A stretch of DNA of 64,000 nucleotides from an uncultured Ignavibacteria bacterium (lineage in GTDB: Bacteria; Zixibacteria; MSB-5A5; SM1-73), in contig CAZOJT010000001.1 in the NCBI GenBank assembly GCA_964580215.1, positions 126,475 through 190,474 on the forward strand. The letters run 5' to 3'. The notes under the pieces are model-generated. The model did no database searches. It was not told where the DNA came from and was given only the letters and a program-made list of their open reading frames with translations. Shown here piece by piece: positions 37,912-46,032 of this stretch. The position numbers were made by a program, and so were the translations under genes. How positions within the stretch are numbered: the first letter of the stretch is position 1; every line of letters starts with the position of its first letter.

Positions 37912-38484
37912 AAGATGATGTATGAAGTAAAGAAAATCTGCGTGTATATCATCGGTGAAAAAGACTCAGTGCTTATGAAAGATCTGCCTTTTTACCTGGA
38001 GTCCACATTTCATCGGAACATAAAAGTGGATGAGTTGGAGATGAATCTGGATTTTGCTTATTATCCCAAAAGAAAACAATATTCTTCTTCAGCTATTTTA
38101 GATAGATTAAAAACGATGAAAAATAAAGAATGTGATCGTTTGCTGGCGATAGTGGATGTCGATCTTTATGTGCCGGAGTTGAATTTCGTGTTTGGAGAGG
38201 CAAATTTTCAAACAAAGGTGGCAGTGATCTCTTCTATCAGATTAAGACAGGAATAATACGATTTGTCCGCAGGATCTCAGTTGAGTCAAATGACCATAAG
38301 ACCTGAAAATAAACAGCTATTTCTGGAGAGGGTGACAAAGGAGGCGGTGCATGAACTGGGTCACACCTATGGTCTGCCACACTGTCCGGACCCAAAATGT
38401 GTGCTGCATTTTTCCAATAGCTTATGGGATACCGATTTTAAGTCCTATTCTTTCTGCGAGAATTGCAAGAGGAACTGGGGTTAA
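37912..38484 (+). pseudogene. amzA: Archaemetzincin (peptidase M54) gene interrupted by an in-frame TAA (38254-38256) within a repeat-like insertion
   Basis: The C-terminal part has the [24 protein letters not shown]...CENCK zinc signature, and the N-terminal part has ...GEANFQTKVAVISSIRLR. Both are in the same reading frame, separated by QE[17 protein letters not shown]. The inserted DNA (ccgcagg..cagttgagtcaaatga) resembles the repeat at 37735-37775. Confidence 0.55.
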
Positions 38485-38740
38485 AGGATAAATAACCTTT
38501 CAGTTTAAGGACAAACGGTAGATTTTTTAAGTTTTTGTGTTCCAGAGCCTTATATTAACAACCTGGTAATTCGTGGCTTGGAAAACATTTGCTACAGTCA
38601 TCCCAAGAATTTTGCAGATTTTTACGTATATTCTAATGTAGATGGAGAGGAAGTAGAGGCATATTTGGGTAAGATATTGTGTGACAATATGATATCATGT
38701 GAGCGGGGTTGCCCTGAAAAGGATTTTGAGGTAACTGGCC

Positions 38741-38947
38741 ATGGACGGAAGGGTTAATTTTGTGATGCGTGGAAAACCTGAGCTTACAAAAAAGAGACAT
38801 CAGATTAATGTTCTGCTCAAAAGAGCCATGAAAGGCAGAAAGCAGGCTAAGGATAAGCTATACAAGGAGTTTGGCATCAGGATATATTCCTCCGAAGAGG
38901 TGGAAAAATATGTAGCCGAAAAGCTGAAAACCGAGATGATTGAATAG
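38741..38947 (+). CDS. Hypothetical small basic protein (68 aa) in an AT-rich gene-poor region
   Basis: ORF only. No recognisable motif, and it could be spurious. Confidence 0.2.
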   Translation: MDGRVNFVMRGKPELTKKRHQINVLLKRAMKGRKQAKDKLYKEFGIRIYSSEEVEKYVAEKLKTEMIE

Positions 38948-39530
38948 TCGCTACCTGCAGCTTCAGCAAAGCCTATGTCAAAGAGAAAGAACAGACAGAT
39001 GGTGAAAAAAAGATAAGATTCCCTTTGTTAAGGAGAATATAAATAAGTGAAGTGGATAATTGAGGCGTCGCAACTGGTTGTGTGACGTTTTTTTCTTTTA
39101 TAGTGGCGAAGTGTAGTGGAGACCTTTAGGTCTCCATATAAAATTCGCAGATAGCCGAAATTCCTATACTTGGCAAGATGCAATACCGAGTAAGGCGCTC
39201 AGTATAGTTAATATTCTTCTTCGTCCCAAAGACAAGCGATCTACAACATCTTCGTAAATGAAGGGCAGACCCTTTTATGGCATCCCGTTGTTTCTTTATA
39301 AGAAATGTGGTAAAGATGACCAAATGCGCTTTTGTCACAGGGTCAATGCCCTAAAAAATTAGCGCTTTGAAGACGGACTTATCCCAAGGTATTTTCAATA
39401 TCGACGGTCCTACCTCCACCACGTATTTAGTTATCGGTTCGTAGTGGGTGGTTCATAGTATCCCCACACCACGACCCTCAACTAATTCAGTCTCAGTCTC
39501 AATTCTCGGACTATACTCTCAGTCTCCGTC

Positions 39531-40091
39531 TCAATCTTGGATTTTCTGGTATTTTTTCACTCCCTCCTGATAAAGATTTCCGCCGTGGCAATCCTGAACC
39601 ACTATTGCCGGAAAGTCCTTGACCGTATATTTTCTGATTGCCTCAGCTCCCAACTCCTCCCAGGCGACCAGTTCATTTCCCACTATGGACTTGGCAATCA
39701 AAGCGGCTGCCCCGCCGATGGCAGCCAAATATACACCGGTGTATTTGTTCAACGCATCCTGAACCCCAGAACCCATCTCTCCTTTTCCGATCATACCCTT
39801 CGACCCTGCTTCCAATATCCGGGGAGCATACGGGTTCATTCGACCTGAAGTGGTGGGTCCGGCTGATCCAATCACATTTCCCGGTCGGGCGGGTGAAGGA
39901 CCCACATAATAGATCAATTGTCCGCCTATATCAAAGGGAAGTTTTTCACCTTTGTCTAAAAGCTCAACCATCCTCTTATGAGCCGCATCCCTTGCCGTGT
40001 AAATATCGCCAGTTATCAATACATTATCACCGATCTTCAAATCTTTTACCACCTCATCTGTGAGGGGGGTGTTTATCTTTTTCTGTGCCAT
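39531..40091 (-). CDS. Class I fumarate hydratase / Fe-S hydro-lyase beta subunit (FumB/TtdB-type)
   Basis: 186 aa. GDIYTARDAAHKRM...GGQLIYYVGPSP...GPTTSGRM are hallmark segments of the fumarate/tartrate hydro-lyase beta chain. Confidence 0.85.
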   Translation of the reverse strand: MAQKKINTPLTDEVVKDLKIGDNVLITGDIYTARDAAHKRMVELLDKGEKLPFDIGGQLIYYVGPSPARPGNVIGSAGPTTSGRMNPYAPRILEAGSKGMIGKGEMGSGVQDALNKYTGVYLAAIGGAAALIAKSIVGNELVAWEELGAEAIRKYTVKDFPAIVVQDCHGGNLYQEGVKKYQKIQD

Positions 40092-40188
40092 TTCCTAATC
40101 CTCCAAATTTAATCTTTTTTCTCTTATGTCCGAAACTCATGTAACCAAGAGTTCTTCCCTCGGCATAAACTATTTGGTTCATCCTCTG

Positions 40189-40211
40189 AGCCAAGCCGTA
40201 AAGGCTTGGCT
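40189..40211. repeat. Perfect 9-bp-stem hairpin (agccaagcc-gtaaa-ggcttggct) in the 205-bp spacer between fumarase subunit genes
   Basis: Seen directly. Confidence 0.5.
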
Positions 40212-40296
40212 ACGCAACTTGCTTTTTTAAATCTGCAAAAAAACTTCACCGCTTCGCAGAACCATAAAGGTTCTACTACACAACAAGAGATTCTGA

Positions 40297-41139
40297 TTAT
40301 AACACTGCCTCTTTATGTCTTGCCACGTGGCAGTTGAGGTTCACCGCCGCCGGAAAGCTGGCGATGTGACAGGGGTAGGTTTCAATAAAGACTGCCAGTG
40401 CCGTTTGAGTTCCCCCAAAACCTTGAGGACCTATGCCCAGCTTGTTCACCTCCTCTAAAAGCTCCTCCTCCAGCTTGGCATAGAATGGATTGGGGTGCTT
40501 TGATCCGATTGTACGCAAAAGCGATCGTTTAGCCATCTCCGCGCATTTCTCGAAGGTTCCCCCAATTCCCACTCCCACGATAATGGGAGGGCAGGGATTA
40601 CTTCCTGACCTTCTGACCTTGTCGATCACAAACTCCTTTACCCCCTCCACCCCATCTGCCGGCTTCATCATTTTCACCTCAGACATGTTCTCACTTCCAC
40701 CGCCCTTAGGGACACAGACGATTTTTAGTTTATCACCCTTTACAATATCTAAGTGAATGACCGCCGGGGTATTATCACCGGTGTTTTTCCTCTCGATGGG
40801 ATCAGCCAGGATGGACTTTCTCAAATAGCCGTCCTTATAACCTTGCCTGACCCCTTCGTTGATGGCTTCAAAAAGGTTGTCACCCTTAATGCTAACCTGG
40901 TCTCCCATCTCCACGAAGAAGACGGCAGTGCCGGTATCCTGACACATGGGGAATTCTCCCTGTTTGGAGATCTCGAAGTTGTCGATGATCTGCTTTAAGG
41001 TGGCTTTACCCACAGGTGACTCTTCTTTCTCATACGCTTTCCGAATCACATCCTGCACATCTTCGCCCAAATAATAATTGGCGTCTATGCAGAGCTTCTT
41101 TACCGCTTTGGTTATATCTTTACTGAAAATCTCCCGCAT
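40297..41139 (-). CDS. Class I fumarate hydratase / Fe-S hydro-lyase alpha subunit
   Basis: 280 aa. Cys ligand context CQDTGTAVFFVEMG, plus VCVPKGGGSENMS and IGIGGTFEKCAEMAK, typical of the FumA/TtdA N-terminal catalytic domain. Confidence 0.85.
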   Translation of the reverse strand: MREIFSKDITKAVKKLCIDANYYLGEDVQDVIRKAYEKEESPVGKATLKQIIDNFEISKQGEFPMCQDTGTAVFFVEMGDQVSIKGDNLFEAINEGVRQGYKDGYLRKSILADPIERKNTGDNTPAVIHLDIVKGDKLKIVCVPKGGGSENMSEVKMMKPADGVEGVKEFVIDKVRRSGSNPCPPIIVGVGIGGTFEKCAEMAKRSLLRTIGSKHPNPFYAKLEEELLEEVNKLGIGPQGFGGTQTALAVFIETYPCHIASFPAAVNLNCHVARHKEAVL

Positions 41140-41147
41140 AACTCCTC

Positions 41148-41831
41148 CTAACTTGTTTTTGATAAGGTGAGCTCTAAAACTCCATTGATCAGATTTTCAA
41201 TGCTTGAAGCCATTTCCACAGGTTTAAGTTTCAACAGATTTGCCGGGGTGGAGACCACCCTGTGTTCTGAGTCCATCACCGCCTCCGTTCCCCTGGAGAA
41301 AACGTGAACGGCGCCCATATCCTCTATCTGTTTGATCAACTCCGGGTCTTTTCCGATGGTCAGAGTCAAAGGGGTTTCCACTATATATCTCAAGGCAGAA
41401 GCAACCAGAAGGCTGGCAAGCCCGCAAGCTCCTATTGGTTTTTTTCTTCGATAAATCTCCCTTATGATTCTTTGAAGTTCTGGTTTGGGCTTTAGATACT
41501 CATTTTCAGGCTCGCCAAAAAGATCAGCCAGATTCTTGACCGATCCGTATCCGCCAGGAAGGATAAGCCCATCCACATCCCTTCCGGATAGAGTCTTTAT
41601 CTCTTTAATCTCTCCCCAGGCGATGCGGGCAGATTCTTTCATAACATTCCTTGTCTCCTGAGTGGCGGTTTGCGTCACATGGTCCACCACCTCTTTTTGC
41701 TCCACATCCGGAGCAAAGAAGACCAGATTCTTACCTTTCCTGCTCAGATAATATGAGAGGAAAACCACTTCCCATATATCTGAGCCATCCAGGCACCCGC
41801 ATCCGCTTAAGATCACCGCAAAGTTGCTCAT
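41148..41831 (-). CDS. elbB: ElbB-like DJ-1/PfpI-superfamily protein (isoprenoid biosynthesis glyoxalase ElbB family)
   Basis: N-terminus MSNFAVILSGCGCLDGSDIWEVV matches the ElbB signature (ILSGCGVYDGSEIHE). 227 aa. Confidence 0.75.
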   Translation of the reverse strand: MSNFAVILSGCGCLDGSDIWEVVFLSYYLSRKGKNLVFFAPDVEQKEVVDHVTQTATQETRNVMKESARIAWGEIKEIKTLSGRDVDGLILPGGYGSVKNLADLFGEPENEYLKPKPELQRIIREIYRRKKPIGACGLASLLVASALRYIVETPLTLTIGKDPELIKQIEDMGAVHVFSRGTEAVMDSEHRVVSTPANLLKLKPVEMASSIENLINGVLELTLSKTS

Positions 41832-41889
41832 GTCACTTTAGAGAAAAAATCTAATTTTCAAAGAACACGTGAATGATTTTTGTCACTCA

Positions 41890-42126
41890 CTATATCATTT
41901 CTTCAGTCTGTTTCACCAAATCAGCCATATCATACATATATTTTCTTTTATTCTCCTCTTCGGCTTCCGGAACTGGCCGTCCCATCAAAGGGAAATCCTC
42001 CAATCCATCTATGGCTTCAATAATTTTTTCAATAAACCGGATTGCATAATATTCTGCGTCTCTGGCAATATAAGCTCGAATGCTCTCCAAATCTTGAATA
42101 GCCGGTTCAGTCCAATCAATCTTCAT
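41890..42126 (-). CDS. RelE/ParE-family toxin, C-terminally divergent or truncated (possibly inactive)
   Basis: The N-terminal 55 aa parallel the intact paralogue at 43009-43302 (IDWTEPAIQDLESIRAYIARD..EYYAIRFIEKI..FPLMGRPVPE). The tail lacks the conserved YRIIYR core. Confidence 0.5.
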   Translation of the reverse strand: MKIDWTEPAIQDLESIRAYIARDAEYYAIRFIEKIIEAIDGLEDFPLMGRPVPEAEEENKRKYMYDMADLVKQTEEMI

Positions 42127-42302
42127 TTCGAAAGAAATCTCTTCTTGACTTCGTCGTGAGAGATAATGTGACCTTCTTCTGCGGCTTTGATACCGGTTGC
42201 GATTTTTTTCTTAACGTAAAACTCATACATAATGTCATCCCACGTTACCTGATCGGGTAACCGGTCAATCAATTTTTTTGCCTCTTCTTTGACGCTACTC
42301 AT
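42123..42302 (-). CDS. Antitoxin of the RelE/ParE module (59 aa, below the ORF-track size cutoff)
   Basis: Reverse-strand translation gives MSSVKEEAKKLIDRLPDQVTWDDIMYEFYVKKKIATGIKAAEEGHIISHDEVKKRFLSK. This is homologous to the ORFs at 43287-43475 and 43594-43782. Its stop overlaps the toxin ATG (ATGA). Confidence 0.55.
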   Translation of the reverse strand: MSSVKEEAKKLIDRLPDQVTWDDIMYEFYVKKKIATGIKAAEEGHIISHDEVKKRFLSK

Positions 42303-42607
42303 ATTTTATGATCTCCTTTGACGTTTTCTATGAAACATCGGGAGTGGGAATTCCTAATGCATGTTCGCCTGAGCATTGGCATTTTCTTCGGGACGAGCCC
42401 TAATGCCAATGCATCCAAGAACGCTCTGCGGGCACACTTGATGACCGAAGAAGATCTGATTTAACTGGGTTGATCTGGAATGTTTGTTCATCTTGTGTGG
42501 CAAGGATGTTCTCAGTTCCGAATTCTGCAGAAATACGGCAGGATATGGTCTGAAATTAAGCCATCCGTGCAAGGATTCATCCTGAGGGAAAGATTCCTCA
42601 GAGGGTA

Positions 42608-42856
42608 TCAATAAACGCTGACTACTTTTTTGCTCTTCCCCTTCGGTTCAAATTTGACCACTCCGTCCATCAGGGCAAAAAGGGTATCATCCTTTCCCTT
42701 GCCCACGTTCAGGCCCGGGTGTATTTTGGTTCCCCTCTGTCGCACCAGAATGGTGCCAGCTAAAATTGCCTCACCCGCAAATCTTTTCACACCCAGCCTC
42801 TGCCCGTGCGAATCCCTTCCGTTGCGTGAACTTCCTACTCCCTTTTTATGTGCCAT
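42608..42856 (-). CDS. rpmA: 50S ribosomal protein L27
   Basis: [29 protein letters not shown]...[24 protein letters not shown] is the canonical L27 sequence. No rplU lies adjacent. Confidence 0.95.
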   Translation of the reverse strand: MAHKKGVGSSRNGRDSHGQRLGVKRFAGEAILAGTILVRQRGTKIHPGLNVGKGKDDTLFALMDGVVKFEPKGKSKKVVSVY

Positions 42857-43008
42857 TTTTCATCATCCTTTCTGTGTCTACTTGACCAAACAGATAAACG
42901 TTGTTTGATGAACATCTTTTTGAGTCATTTTACCCTTTATGGTTAAAAGAAGTGCGATAGTATTCGGATGTTCAATTTTTAACCTATTGTTTGGCGAAGT
43001 CATGACCG

Positions 43009-43302
43009 CTAAAAAATATCCTTCAATGTTTTTGCCCCATGACAGATAGCAACAATTTCGACAATACTTTCTTTAAGCCTGTAAACTATCCGATAGTTCT
43101 GATAAATCTTTTCCCTTAAATTCTCATCACCATATTCTGGAACAATACGTCCTACTTTGGGAAATCGAGGTATATCTTCAACCATAGTAATTATCTTCCT
43201 AGCAAAAAGACGAGCATAATATTCAGAATCTTTGGCGACGTAGTTGCATATCTCTTCAAGATTGGAAAGAGCGCGGGGAGACCACTTTATTTGTTGAGCC
43301 AT
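43009..43302 (-). CDS. RelE/ParE-family type II toxin (intact)
   Basis: 97 aa. IKWSPRALSNLEEI..YVAKDS..YARLF...IPRFPKVGRIVPEYGDENLREKIYQNYRIVYRLKESIVEIVAICHGA. Confidence 0.8.
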   Translation of the reverse strand: MAQQIKWSPRALSNLEEICNYVAKDSEYYARLFARKIITMVEDIPRFPKVGRIVPEYGDENLREKIYQNYRIVYRLKESIVEIVAICHGAKTLKDIF

Positions 43303-43475
43303 TTTGACATTCGCTTTTCTACTTCCTCATGAGAAATTCCTTTGCCTTCATCCAAATCTTTCAATCCTGCGTCCACTTGAAGCCTAAAATACAACTCCGC
43401 CATTATCTCCTCCACAGAAACATCATCAGGAAGATTCTGAATCATTTGAATAACTTGCTCTTTTACTCCTGTCAT
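43287..43475 (-). CDS. Cognate antitoxin (62 aa, addiction-module-component type)
   Basis: Overlaps the toxin start by 16 nt. Conserved NLPDDVSVEEIMAELYFRLQVDAGLKDLDEGKGISHEEVEKRMSKWL. Confidence 0.65.
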   Translation of the reverse strand: MTGVKEQVIQMIQNLPDDVSVEEIMAELYFRLQVDAGLKDLDEGKGISHEEVEKRMSKWLNK

Positions 43476-43593
43476 TTAATCACCCTCCGAACAACCCAAT
43501 ATACCGCCAAAAGATCTGCTTTAACAACTGTAATAATTTTGCCAAATGTTCAAAGCTAAAAAAGTGCGATAAGATTTGGGATGTCAATCTTTA

Positions 43594-43782
43594 TTACTTT
43601 TCGAGCCATTTTGCCATCCGCTTTTCGACCTCTTCCTGTGTATAAACCCGTCCGTCTTCTGCATCCTTCAAACCACGCTCAATCTTTTGAAGGACATAAA
43701 GATGGTACTGAATATCTTCCAGAGAACAGTCTTCTGGCAGACGGTTGAGTAGATTGGTTACTTCTTGTTTGGGTGTGTGCAT
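43594..43782 (-). CDS. Orphan antitoxin paralogue; only a 16-codon toxin remnant (about 43545-43596) follows
   Basis: MHTPKQEVTNLLNRLPEDCSLEDIQYHLYVLQKIERGLKDAEDGRVYTQEEVEKRMAKWLEK. Downstream, ATGGCTCGAAAAGTAATAAAGATTGACATCCCAAATCTTATCGCACTTTTTTAG translates to MARKVIKIDIPNLIALF-stop. The flank resembles the 3' flank of the intact toxin. Confidence 0.55.
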   Translation of the reverse strand: MHTPKQEVTNLLNRLPEDCSLEDIQYHLYVLQKIERGLKDAEDGRVYTQEEVEKRMAKWLEK

Positions 43783-44089
43783 ATCTGCTTCCTGATTTAA
43801 TCATACTAAATTTGACCGCGAATTTTGTATAACGTCTTGCGTGTTTGCGAAGTGCCGAAGGCATTTGGGTGAGCGAAACGAAACGCAAATTCGCTGTTAT
43901 CTGCCGTTGCGGATAATACCTTATTTTGCATTGTTTACTCCATTCTTTGCCTGCAATGAGCAGATAACGTTCCCGGGGTAAACGACGTTTTGCTGTAGCG
44001 TTAGCGGAGGCAAAATGTGGCAAAGCCCAAGCGGCCGACAGGGAGCGCAGCGTTTTACCCCGTGTTGTGCGAAGTGCCAGACATATGTA

Positions 44090-45166
44090 TTATTCAACCA
44101 TTCTTTTAACAAATTCATCAAAAGATACGCACCTGTTTGGTGGAATCATTGCTGCTATCCAATTTTTCCCTCGACCTTTGTTTTTAGTACCATCCTTTAG
44201 TAAAGGTTTTTGCAATTTGATTGGTTTATTTAAGAAAAAATATGTAAATGTTTCATTTGAGTCAGGATCCATTTTGATTCCCTTCAACCACCTGGAAACA
44301 AGATCAGAATCTCCATCAGCAAATAATTTGAGGTCATCCATAAATATTTCTGCGTCTTTTGGATTAAATGAAAGTATACCAAGTACTTTTGATAAGTAGG
44401 AGATGCCTTCTCCCTCAGGTTGATTAGCATTTCTTGTAAAGTAGGGTGAAAAGTACAAGGGACTTCCAAATATTACATTTCTTCGATATATAAAATATTC
44501 ACGATATTTTTTCATTTCTTTTTCATCGCTTAGATCTTGAACTAGTATTTCTTTTTGATCACGCATTTTATATCCCCTTATAATAAACTTGATAAAATCT
44601 GAGATTATAGGTTTTTCTAAAAATTCTTTAGAATCATAAAGATTCGCAATTTCTATCCACCCAATATTTCTAATGATAACACTATCATATAGTTGTTTTT
44701 GGTAATCATGGATTTGCGTTATGAAGCAAATGCATTTTTGAGGTTCATCATCAAAACAGCTTAGATACTGAGTTTTTTGTTCTGATATTTTATTTGTTTT
44801 TACTTTACTTTCAATTATTAAATGAAATTTGTTTTCTTGTTTAATTTCTATATCTGTTCTGCCTTCGGAATGTTTTTTCTCAATTAAAATTTCTGTTGCT
44901 TTATAATTGTTCTCTGTGTTTTTTATTGAAATACCAATAAATTGCAAGAATCTATATAGTGCTATCGGTTCTTTTGAAATGGTATAAGCGAATGCTTTTG
45001 AAAGACCATTTTCATCGTAACCGAGTAAATCATGTACAGTTAATGGTGTCTCAAGATACCCATGTTTTTTAATAATCATATTTTCCTCTTGTCTGGCATT
45101 TCGCACAACTCGTTCATATCCAAACTTCGTTTCTTGTTCAAATTTGGAATAATATGCGAAGTTCAT
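44090..45166 (-). CDS. Hypothetical protein with PD-(D/E)xK-nuclease-like core (candidate defense/abortive-infection nuclease), strongly AT-rich
   Basis: 358 aa. Residues about 97-122, HSEGRTDIEIKQENKFHLIIESKVKT, give a D..(14 aa)..E-S-K arrangement. No other recognisable domain. It is embedded in the toxin-antitoxin island. Confidence 0.4.
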   Translation of the reverse strand: MNFAYYSKFEQETKFGYERVVRNARQEENMIIKKHGYLETPLTVHDLLGYDENGLSKAFAYTISKEPIALYRFLQFIGISIKNTENNYKATEILIEKKHSEGRTDIEIKQENKFHLIIESKVKTNKISEQKTQYLSCFDDEPQKCICFITQIHDYQKQLYDSVIIRNIGWIEIANLYDSKEFLEKPIISDFIKFIIRGYKMRDQKEILVQDLSDEKEMKKYREYFIYRRNVIFGSPLYFSPYFTRNANQPEGEGISYLSKVLGILSFNPKDAEIFMDDLKLFADGDSDLVSRWLKGIKMDPDSNETFTYFFLNKPIKLQKPLLKDGTKNKGRGKNWIAAMIPPNRCVSFDEFVKRMVE

Positions 45167-45239
45167 ATATTATCAGCGTGTCTGTGAAGGCACGCCAACG
45201 GCGAGATCTAAGTAAGCCAAGCAAACCGCAAACAAACGG

Positions 45240-45524
45240 TTAAGCGACGTTTCTACGGAAAGTATTTATAGATATCCTTTCTATGCAAAAATCTTGTAAA
45301 GATAATTTTATCATTTACTATTTCAATACCTATTCTATTCTATAATCTCCTGCCCTGATACGATAAAATGTCTTATAACTTTTTAATTTTTCCAAACCTT
45401 TTATTTCTCTTAAACCTTTGGAACTCCTTACTTCATTTATAGCCTTCTTTACCCTCTTTAATAAACTTTTATCTTTGACTTTTCTTAAGTCTTTTTCAAA
45501 ACTCTCTTCAAAATAGATTTTCAC
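45240..45524 (-). pseudogene. RelE-type mRNA-interferase toxin, frameshifted near the C-terminus
   Basis: The ORF ends ...FYRIRAGDYRIE-stop. The expected continuation GIEIVNDKIIFTRFLHRKDIYKYFP is readable in the next frame after the gaatagaatagg slip. Confidence 0.5.
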
Positions 45525-45526
45525 TT

Positions 45527-45724
45527 TTAACCTAACATCTTCAAAATTCTATCTTCACCCACAAATTTATTTTTTCTCCCTTCCCGGATGGCATTAGCTA
45601 AACCCACCTCCTCTATTACTTCCAATATGATTTCATAGAAGACCTTTCTTTTTTCTTCAATAATTTCAATAATGGCTTCTTTTATAATCCCTTTCAGTTT
45701 TTCATCGCTTATTGATAATTCCAT
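45527..45724 (-). CDS. Putative antitoxin partner of the frameshifted RelE-like toxin
   Basis: 65 aa acidic helical protein ending 2 nt before the toxin ORF. Typical toxin-antitoxin gene arrangement. Confidence 0.4.
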   Translation of the reverse strand: MELSISDEKLKGIIKEAIIEIIEEKRKVFYEIILEVIEEVGLANAIREGRKNKFVGEDRILKMLG

Positions 45725-46032
45725 ATTGATCTCCTCGAATTGGTGTTATATTCCCCCTCGGAGCGTGGCCTAGCGTGGTCATATCCGAACTTCAAATTTT
45801 ATCTCACTGGTTATTACTGAAAGATTTTAATACCAAGTTTTTCGTAAAAGTCGAGTTTCGATCATCGCACCACAAGCCTCCAAACCAGCATCGCCACAGA
45901 AAAACGAGCATCGAGAGTTTTACAAATCTCCTTGATGCAAAATTAAACCCGAAAATTGCATCTTCTGTTTTTGCAATTTCAGGTTATAAAAAGTAATAAA
46001 TTCTATTTCCTTGGGCAACAGAGGATTTTTCT

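Noticed and set aside
38741-38947. 68-aa ORF possibly encoding a small DNA-binding protein
   Set aside because: It has no RBS of note, lies in an AT-rich desert where random ORFs are likely, and has no motif match. It is kept only as a very low-confidence feature.
42303-42607. 300-bp region downstream of rpmA with partial inverted repeats (aatgcatg..cattggcatt / aatgccaatgcatcc) - possible small RNA or rplU remnant
   Set aside because: I could not fit it to any RNA family by eye, there is no L21-like translation in any frame, and the pairing is imperfect. It is left unannotated. It may be checked with an Rfam/Infernal scan.
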